IMG/VR virus record: IMGVR_UViG_3300042922_000313
Coordinates: 3,079-67,078 of that record
Origin: a virus
Reading direction: 5' to 3' (one strand)
Length of the DNA stretch: 64,000 nt
Shown here: positions 31,295 through 42,845 of the stretch, in pieces
Numbering within the stretch: position 1 is the first letter of the stretch
Layout: the number at the start of each line of letters is the position of its first letter
Notes under the pieces: generated by a model
The model's database searches: none
What the model was told of the DNA's origin: nothing
The model's input: the letters and a program-made list of their open reading frames with translations, nothing else
Made by a program: the position numbers and the translations under genes

Positions 31295-31555
31295 AAAGAA
31301 ATAAAACTAATAGAAACAAGGTTAAATGGTGGAGGTATTGAGAATGAGAAAGTGTAAATTTGGATATTGCACAGTCAATTGTAAATCACCTAAACGGTGT
31401 GCCGATTTTAAAGTAAGTATTGGTTGTAGTTTAGCTATAACAGAAGAAGAATATCAAAAAAGAATATCTGGAAGCAATATAGTTAGTGTAAATTTTAATA
31501 ATAAATAATAGCAGATCAAATCCTTGATTGATGCAAGGTAGAAAGAATGTAAATA

Positions 31556-31762
31556 ATGAGTAACAAGAATAAAGTAAATGTTGATATGTGGTACGGAGAC
31601 AATCAAAAAGAAGCTGATAGAATAGACGTTCTTTTTTATCCAAACGGTTGCGAATACAGAGGGAATATATATAAAGATGGAAAAACAATTGGAGATTATT
31701 CTTGTAAAGATTCTGTATTATTAGAAAAGGCATTTCCACAATTAACCTTTAATTGGGGGTAA
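31556..31762 (+). CDS. Hypothetical protein
   Basis: 68 aa between junction sites 31515 and 31770. Confidence 0.6.
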   Translation: MSNKNKVNVDMWYGDNQKEADRIDVLFYPNGCEYRGNIYKDGKTIGDYSCKDSVLLEKAFPQLTFNWG

Positions 31763-31797
31763 ATAACAAATTAATCAATTATTTGATAGGAGGATAT

Positions 31798-32193
31798 ATG
31801 ACATTTTCAAATATCTACACTGATTTATATGACAATAAATTAGAATTAACACAAAATGAATTGAACTACTTTTATAATACAGTAAATCATATAAAAGAAA
31901 AATTAAACATTGATATTGAAATAGTAAATCGTAATCATGAGACTTTAAAGGGAAAAGAAAAAGAAGCTTATGGAATTTGCTATAAATCATTACATGATAA
32001 TAACGATCTTTTTATTACAATAGATAATTTCTTTATCCACGAATGTTATGAAGAAAAATTCAATAATAAATACAATTTATCTTTTGAATCATTAGAACAT
32101 TGTATATGTCATGAGATAGCGCACATTCAGGAATGGCGACACGGTAAGAAACACACAGAACTAACAGAAATATTATATAATAAGGTAATATAA
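31798..32193 (+). CDS. HExxH zinc metallopeptidase (SprT-like)
   Basis: HEIAH....HGKKH; ATG at 31798 after AGGAGG. Confidence 0.65.
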   Translation: MTFSNIYTDLYDNKLELTQNELNYFYNTVNHIKEKLNIDIEIVNRNHETLKGKEKEAYGICYKSLHDNNDLFITIDNFFIHECYEEKFNNKYNLSFESLEHCICHEIAHIQEWRHGKKHTELTEILYNKVI

Positions 32194-32236
32194 AAAGTGC
32201 ATTTTATGATAGTTTAATGTCGAAAATATTTTAATG

Positions 32237-32282
32237 TAATATATATAAAACCGTTGACATTAACACATACTAGTATTATAAT
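32237..32282 (+). promoter_or_regulatory. Consensus sigma-A promoter with TAATATATATAAAAC box
   Basis: TTGACA 32254-59, 17 bp, TATAAT 32277-82; box 32237-32251. Confidence 0.85.
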
Positions 32283-32350
32283 GATAGTAGATAGTAAACA
32301 GAACAGAAGAACATAGAACAAATTAATATAAATTATAGGAGGGTTTTATT

Positions 32351-32605
32351 ATGAAGATAATCAGTGAGAAGAGTATAGCGGAGTTTGAAGCATGGAGCGG
32401 AGCAATAAACACGAAAGATCAGATTATAGAAGCTGGTAAAGCAGACGAATTTGATGCATATATTGAAGACTTATATCCTAATGGAATAGACGAAACAACA
32501 TTAAATGATATCTTATGGTTTGATTGTGATTCAATTCTACAGGAGTTAGGCATTGAAGAAGACGAGGAAGATGGCGAAGAAATAGAAGAAGACGAAGAAG
32601 AATAA
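32351..32605 (+). CDS. Highly acidic small protein (possible DNA mimic)
   Basis: 84 aa, poly-E/D tail, first gene after strong promoter. Confidence 0.65.
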   Translation: MKIISEKSIAEFEAWSGAINTKDQIIEAGKADEFDAYIEDLYPNGIDETTLNDILWFDCDSILQELGIEEDEEDGEEIEEDEEE

Positions 32606-32719
32606 CAGATTTTAGTATTTACTAAGTGCATTATACCAGATATAATTTACATAATGCACTTGAATAAGTATTAAAACAGTAGCCAATAAAAATAAATTAT
32701 ATTATAGGAGGATTTTATT

Positions 32720-33145
32720 ATGGAAAATAATAATATTATGGAAAGAGTGAATGAAATGAAAGAGACTAACAATTTATACGAGGCAGTTATTGAAGATGTA
32801 CTTGATGATGTAAACAGCAATGAAAACGATGTAGATTTTCAAGAGGAATTAGAGACTAGATTATCAGACATCTTAGAACACGGTTGTGTTTCTGGTACTG
32901 TTGGCAGCTTAGTATATTATGCAGACACAACAAAGTTTTATGAAGAACACAAAGAAGATATTAACGGTTTACTATATGAAATGATGGAAGAGACAGGACT
33001 TTATTCTCCTGCTGAATTATTCGGTGATAAATTCGATAAAGAAGATCCATTGTGTGTAGAACAAACTAACCAAAATTTATTAGCTTGGTTTGCTTATGAG
33101 GAAGTAAGTCGTAAATTAATGTATGAAATTAATCCTAATTTCTAA
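32720..33145 (+). CDS. Acidic Ocr-like anti-restriction candidate
   Basis: Very acidic; LVYYADT and AWFAYEEV segments resemble T7 Ocr PHYYADI and ARIYEQL. Confidence 0.5.
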   Translation: MENNNIMERVNEMKETNNLYEAVIEDVLDDVNSNENDVDFQEELETRLSDILEHGCVSGTVGSLVYYADTTKFYEEHKEDINGLLYEMMEETGLYSPAELFGDKFDKEDPLCVEQTNQNLLAWFAYEEVSRKLMYEINPNF

Positions 33146-33251
33146 TATTTTAGTGTTTACTATGCACTTTATACACGTTATAGAGTGCATGAATAAGCAT
33201 TAAATATATAATATATTAAACTAACATGATCAATTTTAAGGAGGTTTCACA

Positions 33252-36200
33252 ATGAAAACTGCTATTTCACCACCGATACATAAAACACTTCTAAATAAGC
33301 CAATAACACACGCAGAGCAGTATTATAAAACAGACTTTGACCGCATGACTAAACAGATTTATTATGACGGAGAATACTGCCAGCTATATTTTAAGAATGG
33401 AATTATAACCAACGTTAAAAACATGAAAGAGAGGTAATCAATGAACAATCTTAGACGGACTTACCCTGAATATTGGGAGGCAGCAAAAGAAATTTGTAGA
33501 GCAAAGCACGAAAGAATGATTTTTAATTCAGTAACAGAATTAAAAGATTATGTAAAACAGAATAAACATTATATACCAGATGTGGTTTCAAGTGGTGTAT
33601 GTATGGGATATGCAATAAAGTTGTAATTTGATGTTAGTTTCAATTAAAAAAATAATAAAACAATAACAGGAGGTAATAAATTATGAACACAATTGAAAAC
33701 ATTACACTTACAGAGGAACAGATTGAAAGCAAAGCAAACATATTAATGAAACAGTATATAATAGCAGCCAACAAGAAGAGAAATGAACAGAACGAAATTG
33801 GTATCAGAAAATGTTCATGTGCCGCTAATTCACTTTACAAAGTGTCATATGAAACAGAGTTAAACGGATCTTATTTACGAGAAAGCATTTTGTTTAGAAT
33901 GGCTAATGCTGATACAGATTATTATTTATTAGAAAACATTAAAAAATTATTAAAAAGATATTTTGATATGCATCCAACGAAATTAAAATGTATGGAAATT
34001 AAAAGAAAAGAATTTATTGCAAACTTTCTATTATAGGAGATATTAAATATAAAACGCTATTATTTAAATGGAGGAATTGTGATTAAAAATAAAGATGTTA
34101 TCATATTATCAGAAATAATAAGAACTAATATACATGAAATAAATAAGATATGTAATAGTAGTAATTCAGATGATTTGTTAATAGGTTTTTTATCGAGAAA
34201 ATATATAGAACGTATTAAACAAATAGAAAGGTAAAGGTAAAACTATATGAAACATAATTGTAAAACTTGCAAAGAAAGATGTGATTATAGGGGTAAGATA
34301 ATTGATGGTTTTTCAATAATATGCGAAGAGGAATGCGTAAAGTTAATATCAGAAGAAGCAAAAGAAATATGTAATGATAGTGATTTTATTCAATTACTTG
34401 ATACATTAAGGAAAAGTAACTTTACTTCAAGACCAGCAAGAATATTATTAAATAGATTAGAAGAGATGATTGTTATAGGTAATTCAACACCATTGTTCAA
34501 ATAGGAGGAATTAAATGTCATTAGAAAAAGCTTTAAGAAAAAGATATGCAACTTCATTACTAAAGAATACGTATACCAATACAATCAAGCGTAATCCATT
34601 CTATGACGATACATATTCAATTCTATATGAGTTTGAAGATGGAAGAAAAGAAGAACGCAAGCTAGTAGAATTTTCAGAAATAGAATTGTTAGAAATAAGA
34701 TATATGATTGATAAACTATTAAACAAGGAGAATTAACAATATGAAAATAGACAGTAAACATTTAATTCTTTATACAGTACATCATCCAGAAACATTTGAT
34801 ATTTCATTTCGTCATAGTAGATTTGTAGAAAATGAGTTTAGAAGAACACGAGCGTGGATAACTATTAGCTTTATGTATTATAGTTTTTCAATTGGATATA
34901 AAAAATATTTCTAGGAGGTAATAAAAATGGAATATATTAAGAAAAAAGTACTCGGAACAAAAACAACACATTGTTTAAAATCAGAAGCATCTCAACATTG
35001 TATTGAAGGGAAGTTTTGGAAGAACGTAACATTAAATATATATGTAAGAAAACCAAACAGTTACACATTAAGTGTAAGATATGATAATTCTATTGATGAT
35101 TATAGTATATGCCAAATATATATGAACAATGATGATATAAAACAATTGAGAGATGTATTAAACAATATACTTGAAAGTATATAATCACATAAAAGAATGT
35201 TTCGATGAAATAAATCAGGAGGTACACCAGATGCAATAAATAATCATTCAATTAGACTATGAAACAATCAAAAAGTGTAACAACTAACAATATCAATCGT
35301 AACATATAATAAACAATAAAAAGGAGAATAACACAATGACACAGAACAATAGCAATAGATCAAACGAGATTCAATTTGCACAGGTACTAAAAGCCACAGA
35401 CAAAGAAGTAAGAATGATGTACCTCACAGGTTCAAACAAATTTGCATCAAGATTAATGAAATTAGTTAAATGATAATAATTAAATCAGAAAGGAGCATAC
35501 ATATGCTTGAAATAGTATATCATGTAGACGGTCATTACTTCAAAGAATCAAACGGAACAAGAGAAGAGATTACGGTAGATCAATGGTTATCATATTTCAA
35601 CGAATGATATATTAAACTAAAATGCTTCAAGTGAAACATATATAAAACTGACTACTATTATAGTGGATATTAAAGCAAGTCCGAATCTTGCTAGTAGTCA
35701 TTCCGGCAATAAGCCAATTTAAAACTAAATAAGGAGGATTTTACACTAATGAACATACTAACAGAAGAACAGAAAGAACAGAACAAGAAAGAGGCTAGAT
35801 CACATTTAATTGATATTATCTTAGAGAAAATAATGGAGGATAAACAAAATGCAAGGTACAGTACACAAGTTTGAAACTAGAAATAATACATACTACTTAG
35901 GATATGGTAGAACAGCAAAAACAACATATGAACAACAGCAAGAACAGAGAGAAGAAAAAAGATACATGATAATTCAGAAGTCAATAGGAATTCTAGTTAT
36001 GTTATTTAGTGTTATATTATCAATCACATTCAACGATCCAGAGGTAAGAGGCGCATTACTATTAATATTGTTCCCTATTGGATTATTGCTAACAGCCACT
36101 AAACAACACACTTTATGCTTATAAGGAGGTTTAAATATGATAGAATATATTACACATAGAGACTATATTGAACTAAAAATAAACGGTAAAACAGAAGGAA

Positions 36201-36253
36201 ACTATGATACAAAGGAAGAAGCACACAGGGAAGCAATGAATCTAGGTTATTAA
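33252..36253 (+). CDS. Cluster of small hypothetical early genes (33252-33437, 33441-33626, 33683-34036, 34247-34504, 34515-34736, 34741-34914, 34927-35184, 35849-36124, 36138-36253 and others)
   Basis: Nearly all have a GGAGG/AAGG-type SD and tight spacing; no recognisable domains. Confidence 0.6.
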
Positions 36254-36271
36254 CAAAAATTACATTTATTA

Positions 36272-36321
36272 TAATATATATAAAACTGAGTATTGACATA
36301 CAATATTAGTAGTATTATAAT
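36272..36321 (+). promoter_or_regulatory. Consensus sigma-A promoter with TAATATATATAAAAC box
   Basis: TTGACA 36293-98, 17 bp, TATAAT 36316-21; box 36272-36286. Confidence 0.85.
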
Positions 36322-36629
36322 GATAGCAACAGAACATATTGAACAAAATATGGAAATGTGGTAGAATTAAATAATGATTGATTGGAGGGCTGAGATGGAA
36401 TACAAAGAATTTATATCACAAGGTAATGATTGTTTAATTTACAGAACAGTAAGCATTTTACCAATAGGAAATAAGTTTGCGGTCATAACTTTAACTCGAT
36501 TGTCAGGAGCATGGATTAACAACAATAATCTTGGCACTGATACAGTAAATTTTGATACAGAGAAAGAAGCAACAGAGTATTATGATAGCATCGAATATTG
36601 ATTTTATAAGAAGAAGGTGAGGATAAGTT

Positions 36630-36875
36630 ATGTTTGGTCAATTGAGTAATTTTAAATGTCCGTGTTGTAACCATACTGAGGTTATTAGATTAGGTAGAAC
36701 ACAGTTTGTAAATATTAAAGATAAAGGTGAGCATTTAGCATTAACAAACTGTCCTAAGTGCAATAAATTGATTGCTTTTGAAATGGTTGATAGAAAATCA
36801 GAACCATCATTTAGCTTTGATGTAAGAAGTATTAACGAAGATGAAATTGAAAACGCAGGAGTTATATGTTACTGA
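36630..36875 (+). CDS. Zn-ribbon protein
   Basis: CPCC...CPKC; flanked by junction sites 36590 and 36875. Confidence 0.6.
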   Translation: MFGQLSNFKCPCCNHTEVIRLGRTQFVNIKDKGEHLALTNCPKCNKLIAFEMVDRKSEPSFSFDVRSINEDEIENAGVICY

Positions 36876-37798
36876 TAAAATGATTATTTTATGTATAGAA
36901 AGGATAGGCATTTAAGTATGGATATTGAGAAATATAAAAACGATTTAGAATATCACAGAAACAAATTGAATGAAGCATTTCAGAATTCAGATTTTGAACA
37001 AATAGCAGCTCAAGCTAACCAAATTAAAGAGTTGGCTTATATGATAAGTTACTGTAATAAAAAAGATAAGTAACCATCGATATGAAATGGATTGTAACAT
37101 TGAAAAGTTAAAAACAATTGAAATGATATGTGATATTTTAAAAGGAAGAATATTAAGCTGAATAAAGTTTTCCACACCATCGCCAGAGTAATAACATAAC
37201 ATTGTTATAGGTTCTAGGATGCAAAATCAGACGATGGATTGAAGTAAGTAATCAATTAACAATTAATAGCCTAGAAAGGCAAATAAGGAGGTGTGAGAGT
37301 GAACGAAGAGTTATTAAAGATATATCGGTTAGTAGTTGAAAGAATTAATATGATAACTAAAACTGATACATATACAGAAATTGATGAATATAGAAAACAG
37401 GGTGCTTTATCCGAATTAGAGGAGTTAAAAGAATTACTAGATACAATGATATAAGTATTCAAAGCAAAGAGTAGATTGATGCTAAAATGAAAGGAGTTTT
37501 TATTATGACAAAGGAAATAAAAGTAGCTCAATATGATCAAATAGGGTATGTAGAGAATGATTACAAATATATCTTAAAGTGTAACAAATATGATAACGAT
37601 TTGGTTATTGGTCAAAGGACAGTTAGCGGAACAGAAATACTGCTTTCCATAAGACACGATAGGGTATCAGATGAAACAATTGATACTATTTGTGCAAGAT
37701 TTGGATTTAAAATAAGTAAAGTATATTAAACTATAACATCAATCAATTCATTTATGTTATATAAACAAAATATAAAACAAATAGAAAGGAATTAAACT

Positions 37799-38050
37799 AT
37801 GAAAACAATAACATATATAGACGACAGAACACCAAGGGAAAGGATATTAGAGTTCATTAAACAATACATAGAAGAACACTGTTATCCGCCAACTACAAGA
37901 GAAATAGCTGCCGGAGTTGGATTAAAATCTGCATCGACAGTATGTGAACATATTAAAACACTAATGCAATTTGGATTAATTGAAACAGATGCAGAGATAG
38001 GATCAAACAGAGCATTAAGAGTAGTAGGAATGAAAATGGTAAGAGCGTAA
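37799..38050 (+). CDS. Stand-alone LexA-type DNA-binding domain
   Basis: ILEFIKQYIEEHCYPPTTREIAAGVGLKSASTVCEHIKTL..G.I...RAL; no peptidase domain. Confidence 0.8.
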   Translation: MKTITYIDDRTPRERILEFIKQYIEEHCYPPTTREIAAGVGLKSASTVCEHIKTLMQFGLIETDAEIGSNRALRVVGMKMVRA

Positions 38051-39438
38051 AAAATAATCAAATAATATTTGATTTAGAAAGGAGAAAAATGACTGTAATA
38101 GAAAATTATAAAGGTGTGAATATTGCTTCAGCAATTGTTTGTTATAATATAAGGTATTTTGTTATGAATAAACTTTTTACACATTTTGATACAATCGAAG
38201 AAGCTAGAGAAGACATAGATAATACAATACATATGGGTATTGCTTATGATTGGATAGCGAAGAATAAAGAGTATATAAAACATATTGATTTTAGTAGAGA
38301 TGATTTAATTCAAATAGGAATAAACATTAGTAGCATGAACAAATAACTTAAAATACTTAATTGATGCATTGAAAATAAAACAATAAAGAAAGTAGGTATA
38401 ATAAATGTTAAAGATTAAAAATAAGAAAGTAGATATAAAGAATGATAATGGTGATGTTGTTGTAACAGATGGCAAAACAGAATATTACAGGGCTAATAAG
38501 TCAACACAGACTATAAGTATTGCAAATAGTATTTATTGGTCAGTCAAATATGAAGAGGTGATATGAATTGACTGAAGAAATTTGTATGGAATGTAAGCAC
38601 TGTGAGATATTAGAATATGGATATAACGGAAGATTAGGAGCAACGATTTTAATATGTAACATACTCGAAGAGGACAATGAAAATAAAGAAGAGTGTTTTG
38701 AACAAAGTACATAAAATCGGAATTTGAAGCAATAGAAAGGATGAGAAATTATGAAACTAATTAAAGGTATTTTAGTATGGTTTGGAATGATATTTATGGC
38801 AGTAACAGCTCCAATATGGTGGTTGTTAAAATATGATATGATAGTTGAAATCGATAGAAAAGGAAGACACTTTTAACATCAAACAGTCATTCGATTACAT
38901 GAAAGAAGGTATAAAATAATAGGTATTTTATTAATTCCACTATTCTTTTTAGTCTTATGGATTGTAGACATATGTCAGGCTAAACAGAGGGAAAAGGATT
39001 ATGAAGCATATCAAGAAGAAAAACGAAGAAAGGGATTGATTTAGATGAGTTATATAAAACTATCAGAGATTAAAAAGTATGAGAAATTTCAGTTAGCTAA
39101 CATTGCCGGATATAATGTAACAGAAGATAAAGAAACAGGAAGATGCTACATCGTAGGAGCAGATAATTGTATCAATAATGATTTTAGTAACATTGACGAA
39201 GTATTAAAACTGATAGCTAGTGACTTGAAGCGTAAAGGCTTTGTCGTAGCTGCGTAGGAGGCTCATATGCAAGCAATTTTGTTAGTTATAGTAATAGTTG
39301 CACTAGTAGTTACTTTAATGGATTATAAGCCATTAAGCAAGCGTATAGAAGAGGCAGATAACAATCCAAACAATAGTATTAAGAGCGATAAGTGGAAGCG
39401 AGAGCATGGAATTATAAAGTGAAAGGAGTGTAGACAAT

Positions 39439-40404
39439 ATGGGATATGCATTAGCATCTAATAATCAAAGTTATAGTAAATCAAATAAGAGAAACGTAAA
39501 AGTTAAAAGAGAAGGTAACGTGTATACTATTTCAGATAAAAAACAAAGTGGCAAACAAAAAGGTGATAAGGCATACCCATTAAAAACACTAGAAGAAATA
39601 GCTGCCGTAATAGAGTATTATGAAAACAAAGCTAATAACGCAAGATACAAACAATCAGCGGATAGAAATAAACTTTTACTAATAGTAGGATTCAATATAG
39701 GTATAAGAGCGTCTGATATAACAGAACTCAGATGGAGTAACGTGTACAATTCAAAAGGAGAATTTCTTTTACCTGATGAAGAAGAAGCGAGTACTGGCAG
39801 AACTTCAATAATAACAGAAAAGAAAACTGGAGATATAAAGAATTTAATATTCAATGATACCGTTAAGGCTGCTTTTACAGAATATGTTTCTAAATATAAT
39901 ATTGATATTTATACCGACGATTATATATTTAAAAGTAGACAAGTGAAAAAAGACGGAACATATAACATAACAGTCGATACATGTTCAGATATTATTAAAG
40001 AAGCTGGCGAAGCCTGTGGAATCAATAGAAATTTTGCAAGTCACACATTAAGAAAAACATTTTGTTGGTTTCAAATGGAAGCACATCAAGACGATGCTAG
40101 ATTCACAAGTGAGCTAATGGACATTTTAAATCACGATAATGAAGAGACTACATTGAAATATGTTGGTTTGGATTTAGAAAGAAAAATTAAATATCATAAT
40201 GATGTACAGCTTGGTAAAACTTCTACTCTTAGAAAACATGAAAAAGTTGAACTAGGAAATAGTAATTTAGTTATTGATAAAACAGATCTAGAATACTTAT
40301 TGAAACAATTGGCAGAGAAATGTTATACTTGTAATAATGAATGTGGAACGTGTTATAATTCTATGATAGCAAAGAAATATGGATATGATCTAAATACAAT
40401 TTAA
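39439..40404 (+). CDS. Tyrosine recombinase/integrase with intact catalytic residues
   Basis: GIRASD (R), EKKT (K), HTLRK (HxxR), LNH (H), TLKY (Y); C-terminal CxxCxxxCxxC extension. Confidence 0.9.
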   Translation: MGYALASNNQSYSKSNKRNVKVKREGNVYTISDKKQSGKQKGDKAYPLKTLEEIAAVIEYYENKANNARYKQSADRNKLLLIVGFNIGIRASDITELRWSNVYNSKGEFLLPDEEEASTGRTSIITEKKTGDIKNLIFNDTVKAAFTEYVSKYNIDIYTDDYIFKSRQVKKDGTYNITVDTCSDIIKEAGEACGINRNFASHTLRKTFCWFQMEAHQDDARFTSELMDILNHDNEETTLKYVGLDLERKIKYHNDVQLGKTSTLRKHEKVELGNSNLVIDKTDLEYLLKQLAEKCYTCNNECGTCYNSMIAKKYGYDLNTI

Positions 40405-40415
40405 GAGGTGATGAA

Positions 40416-40634
40416 GTGAAGAAGTATCCAAATAGATTGCAAGAACTAAGAAAAGAGTACGGACTCAAACAAGATGAATATGCAGAACAAAGTGGAGTAG
40501 CAAAGCAAACAGTTGAGAAGCTAGAGCAAGGTGTAAATAACATCAACAATGCCAGCGTAGATACTATTATAAAGCTCTCAGAGGCTCTAAGATTGACTGT
40601 AGAAGAGTTTATGAGTAAAGTTAAGTTAGAATGA
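40416..40634 (+). CDS. XRE-family HTH regulator
   Basis: RLQELRKEYGLKQDEYAEQSGVAKQTVEKLEQG. Confidence 0.85.
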   Translation: MKKYPNRLQELRKEYGLKQDEYAEQSGVAKQTVEKLEQGVNNINNASVDTIIKLSEALRLTVEEFMSKVKLE

Positions 40635-40746
40635 TTTAAGGTACTATAGAAGAGAGATTTTATATAGTAACATATCAAATGTTATTATGAAAAAATTATG
40701 TTACAATAAAAAACTATATTTATTAGATTATAAGGAGGATTAGGTT

Positions 40747-42836
40747 ATGAAGAAGTCTTGCATTTTAACTGAAGAAAATAAAAATGGAGCACAAATATTT
40801 TGGTTTGAACATCCAGATACAGAAGATCGTGATTTTAATAGAAATTATGTAAAAGTATTTTTTAATGAAAGTGATGAGCAACCATTTTTAAGATGTCATG
40901 TGTCAAATGTTATTGAAGTTCCTGAAACAGAGATCAAAAATAGATGGGGAAGTTTATATGCCTCTGATGAGTATTTTAAATCAGTAAGTGATAAATGGAA
41001 AACCGTTTAAAAAAGCAATTTTACGTGATTGGAGGATAATTAATATGAGTTTTTGTAATATCGAGAAAGCACAAATAATCATGAAAGAAGTTAATAAGCT
41101 AGACCTAGATCTTACAGAGGAAGAAGTATTCAAGCTAAAAATCGCTATTAATGATGGATTTGATCAGGTTGATAAGAAACAGAGAGAATATGACAGAATG
41201 TGGAATGAAGAATAACAACAAACTTAAATTTGATACGATGGAGATGATTTATTTTAATAGTAAAAGTAAATATTGTTTTATATGATGAAAGGAATTAATT
41301 TAATGATAAATTTTATAAATAAATTAATAAAAAGAAAATTAATCAAAAAGGATAAAATTCCATATGATGCAATGTCAAAAGGAATAACTAATACAGGTAA
41401 ATGTCGTGAATATTCAGTAAAGAAAAAATAATTGGTTGTTATACGTGATGTAATTTAAAAATTAAATTAATATAGCAGAAAGGAGGAGCTTTATGAATAG
41501 TAGATATATTATAAATGCAGATACAAAGAAAGTTGAAAAGTGGCTGTTTGAAAAAGAAGAAGGCAATAGAACTTTATTATCTAAAGGCAAAAGTCTGTTA
41601 TGGGTTGAAAGCAATTGTGTCTTTAATGAAAAAGATAAAGCCGACAATGTTGCTAAATCACTAAATTGATAATAAAATGAGAATTTGAAAGGGATATGGA
41701 ATATGGATAATAAATTTATTTGTCCGAAATGTGGTGGGAATATTAGATACTGGCAAGAGTATTCATTTACAAAAACCAAAAATATTAATCCGAAAACAGG
41801 TAAACCAGTTAAAACTGTAAGGACTAGTAAGCCAGAAATATCAGATGGTTTAAGAGGTTTTGAGTGTTGTAAGTGTGATTGGTCTGAACATGAGTGTTTG
41901 GGTGATATACCAAATGAACTGGATGGTTGGAGATCTGAACACTATGAAAATATAAAAGAGTTAACATGAAACATGAATTCGATGCTATATAGAAAGGAAT
42001 GGTAATGAAAGAAGTAGATAATTGGGAAGTCCTTAGAAAAGGAAATAGAGTAAGACTATATACTGATAATGCAAAAGTAATCTATAAAGATGGAACAGTA
42101 TTACAGGGTGCTTATGCTTCTGGTGTAACATGGGTGATATTTGATGGTGAAAGCAGAGGAACATCAGTAGATGCGTGTGATTTAATAAAGCTTATAAAAT
42201 AAACGTTTTAAGAGATAATGAAAGGAGTTGGTTATTTGAATATTAAATGTATTAAAAATTCTAATGGTAATGGAAATTTCACGATGGGAAACGAATATAA
42301 AATTGAGAAAAACAAGGATAAATATTTTGGCGATTATATTGTTACCTGTGATTTTATTCATGTTTTTGCAGATAGAGATACGTTAGATAATGTATTAGAC
42401 AAACAAAAAGGTGATCTATTTGATTTTGCTTGTTGTAAGTTTGAAGTGATATAACATGAATGAATCAATTGATGTTAAAAGAAAGGAGAAAGATATGGGA
42501 GAACTTAATGTAAAAGAAGGAGATAAGGTTTATTATGAATATGGATATTCATATAATAGAAGAGAAGAAATAACCACTGTTACAAAAGTAACACCGACTG
42601 GTAGAATAAAGGTAGAATGTAGTGATTCCCAATTTGATAAGTATGGAAGAGAAATGGGTAAACATGATAGGTGGTCGAGTAGTGCTTCAATATCAGAAGC
42701 AACCGATGAAATTATTCAAAAGGTAACGGAAAGCAATACAATCAAAGAATGTCTATCAGCTATAGGCAAACTAAACGATAAGACACTTGATTATAGCAAG
42801 GCAAAAAGTATATTAGATATTTTAAATAGCAAATAA
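40747..42836 (+). CDS. Run of small hypothetical genes, most bounded by junction sites (includes Zn-ribbon protein 41703-41969)
   Basis: ORFs 40747-41010, 41045-41215, 41703-41969, 41999-42202, 42218-42454, 42495-42836 with SDs. Confidence 0.6.
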
Positions 42837-42845
42837 AATGTATAT

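Noticed and set aside
28036-32224. Spo0A boxes (TGTCGAA at 28036 and 32218)
   Set aside because: Isolated 7-mers are expected by chance in 64 kb; only weakly positioned
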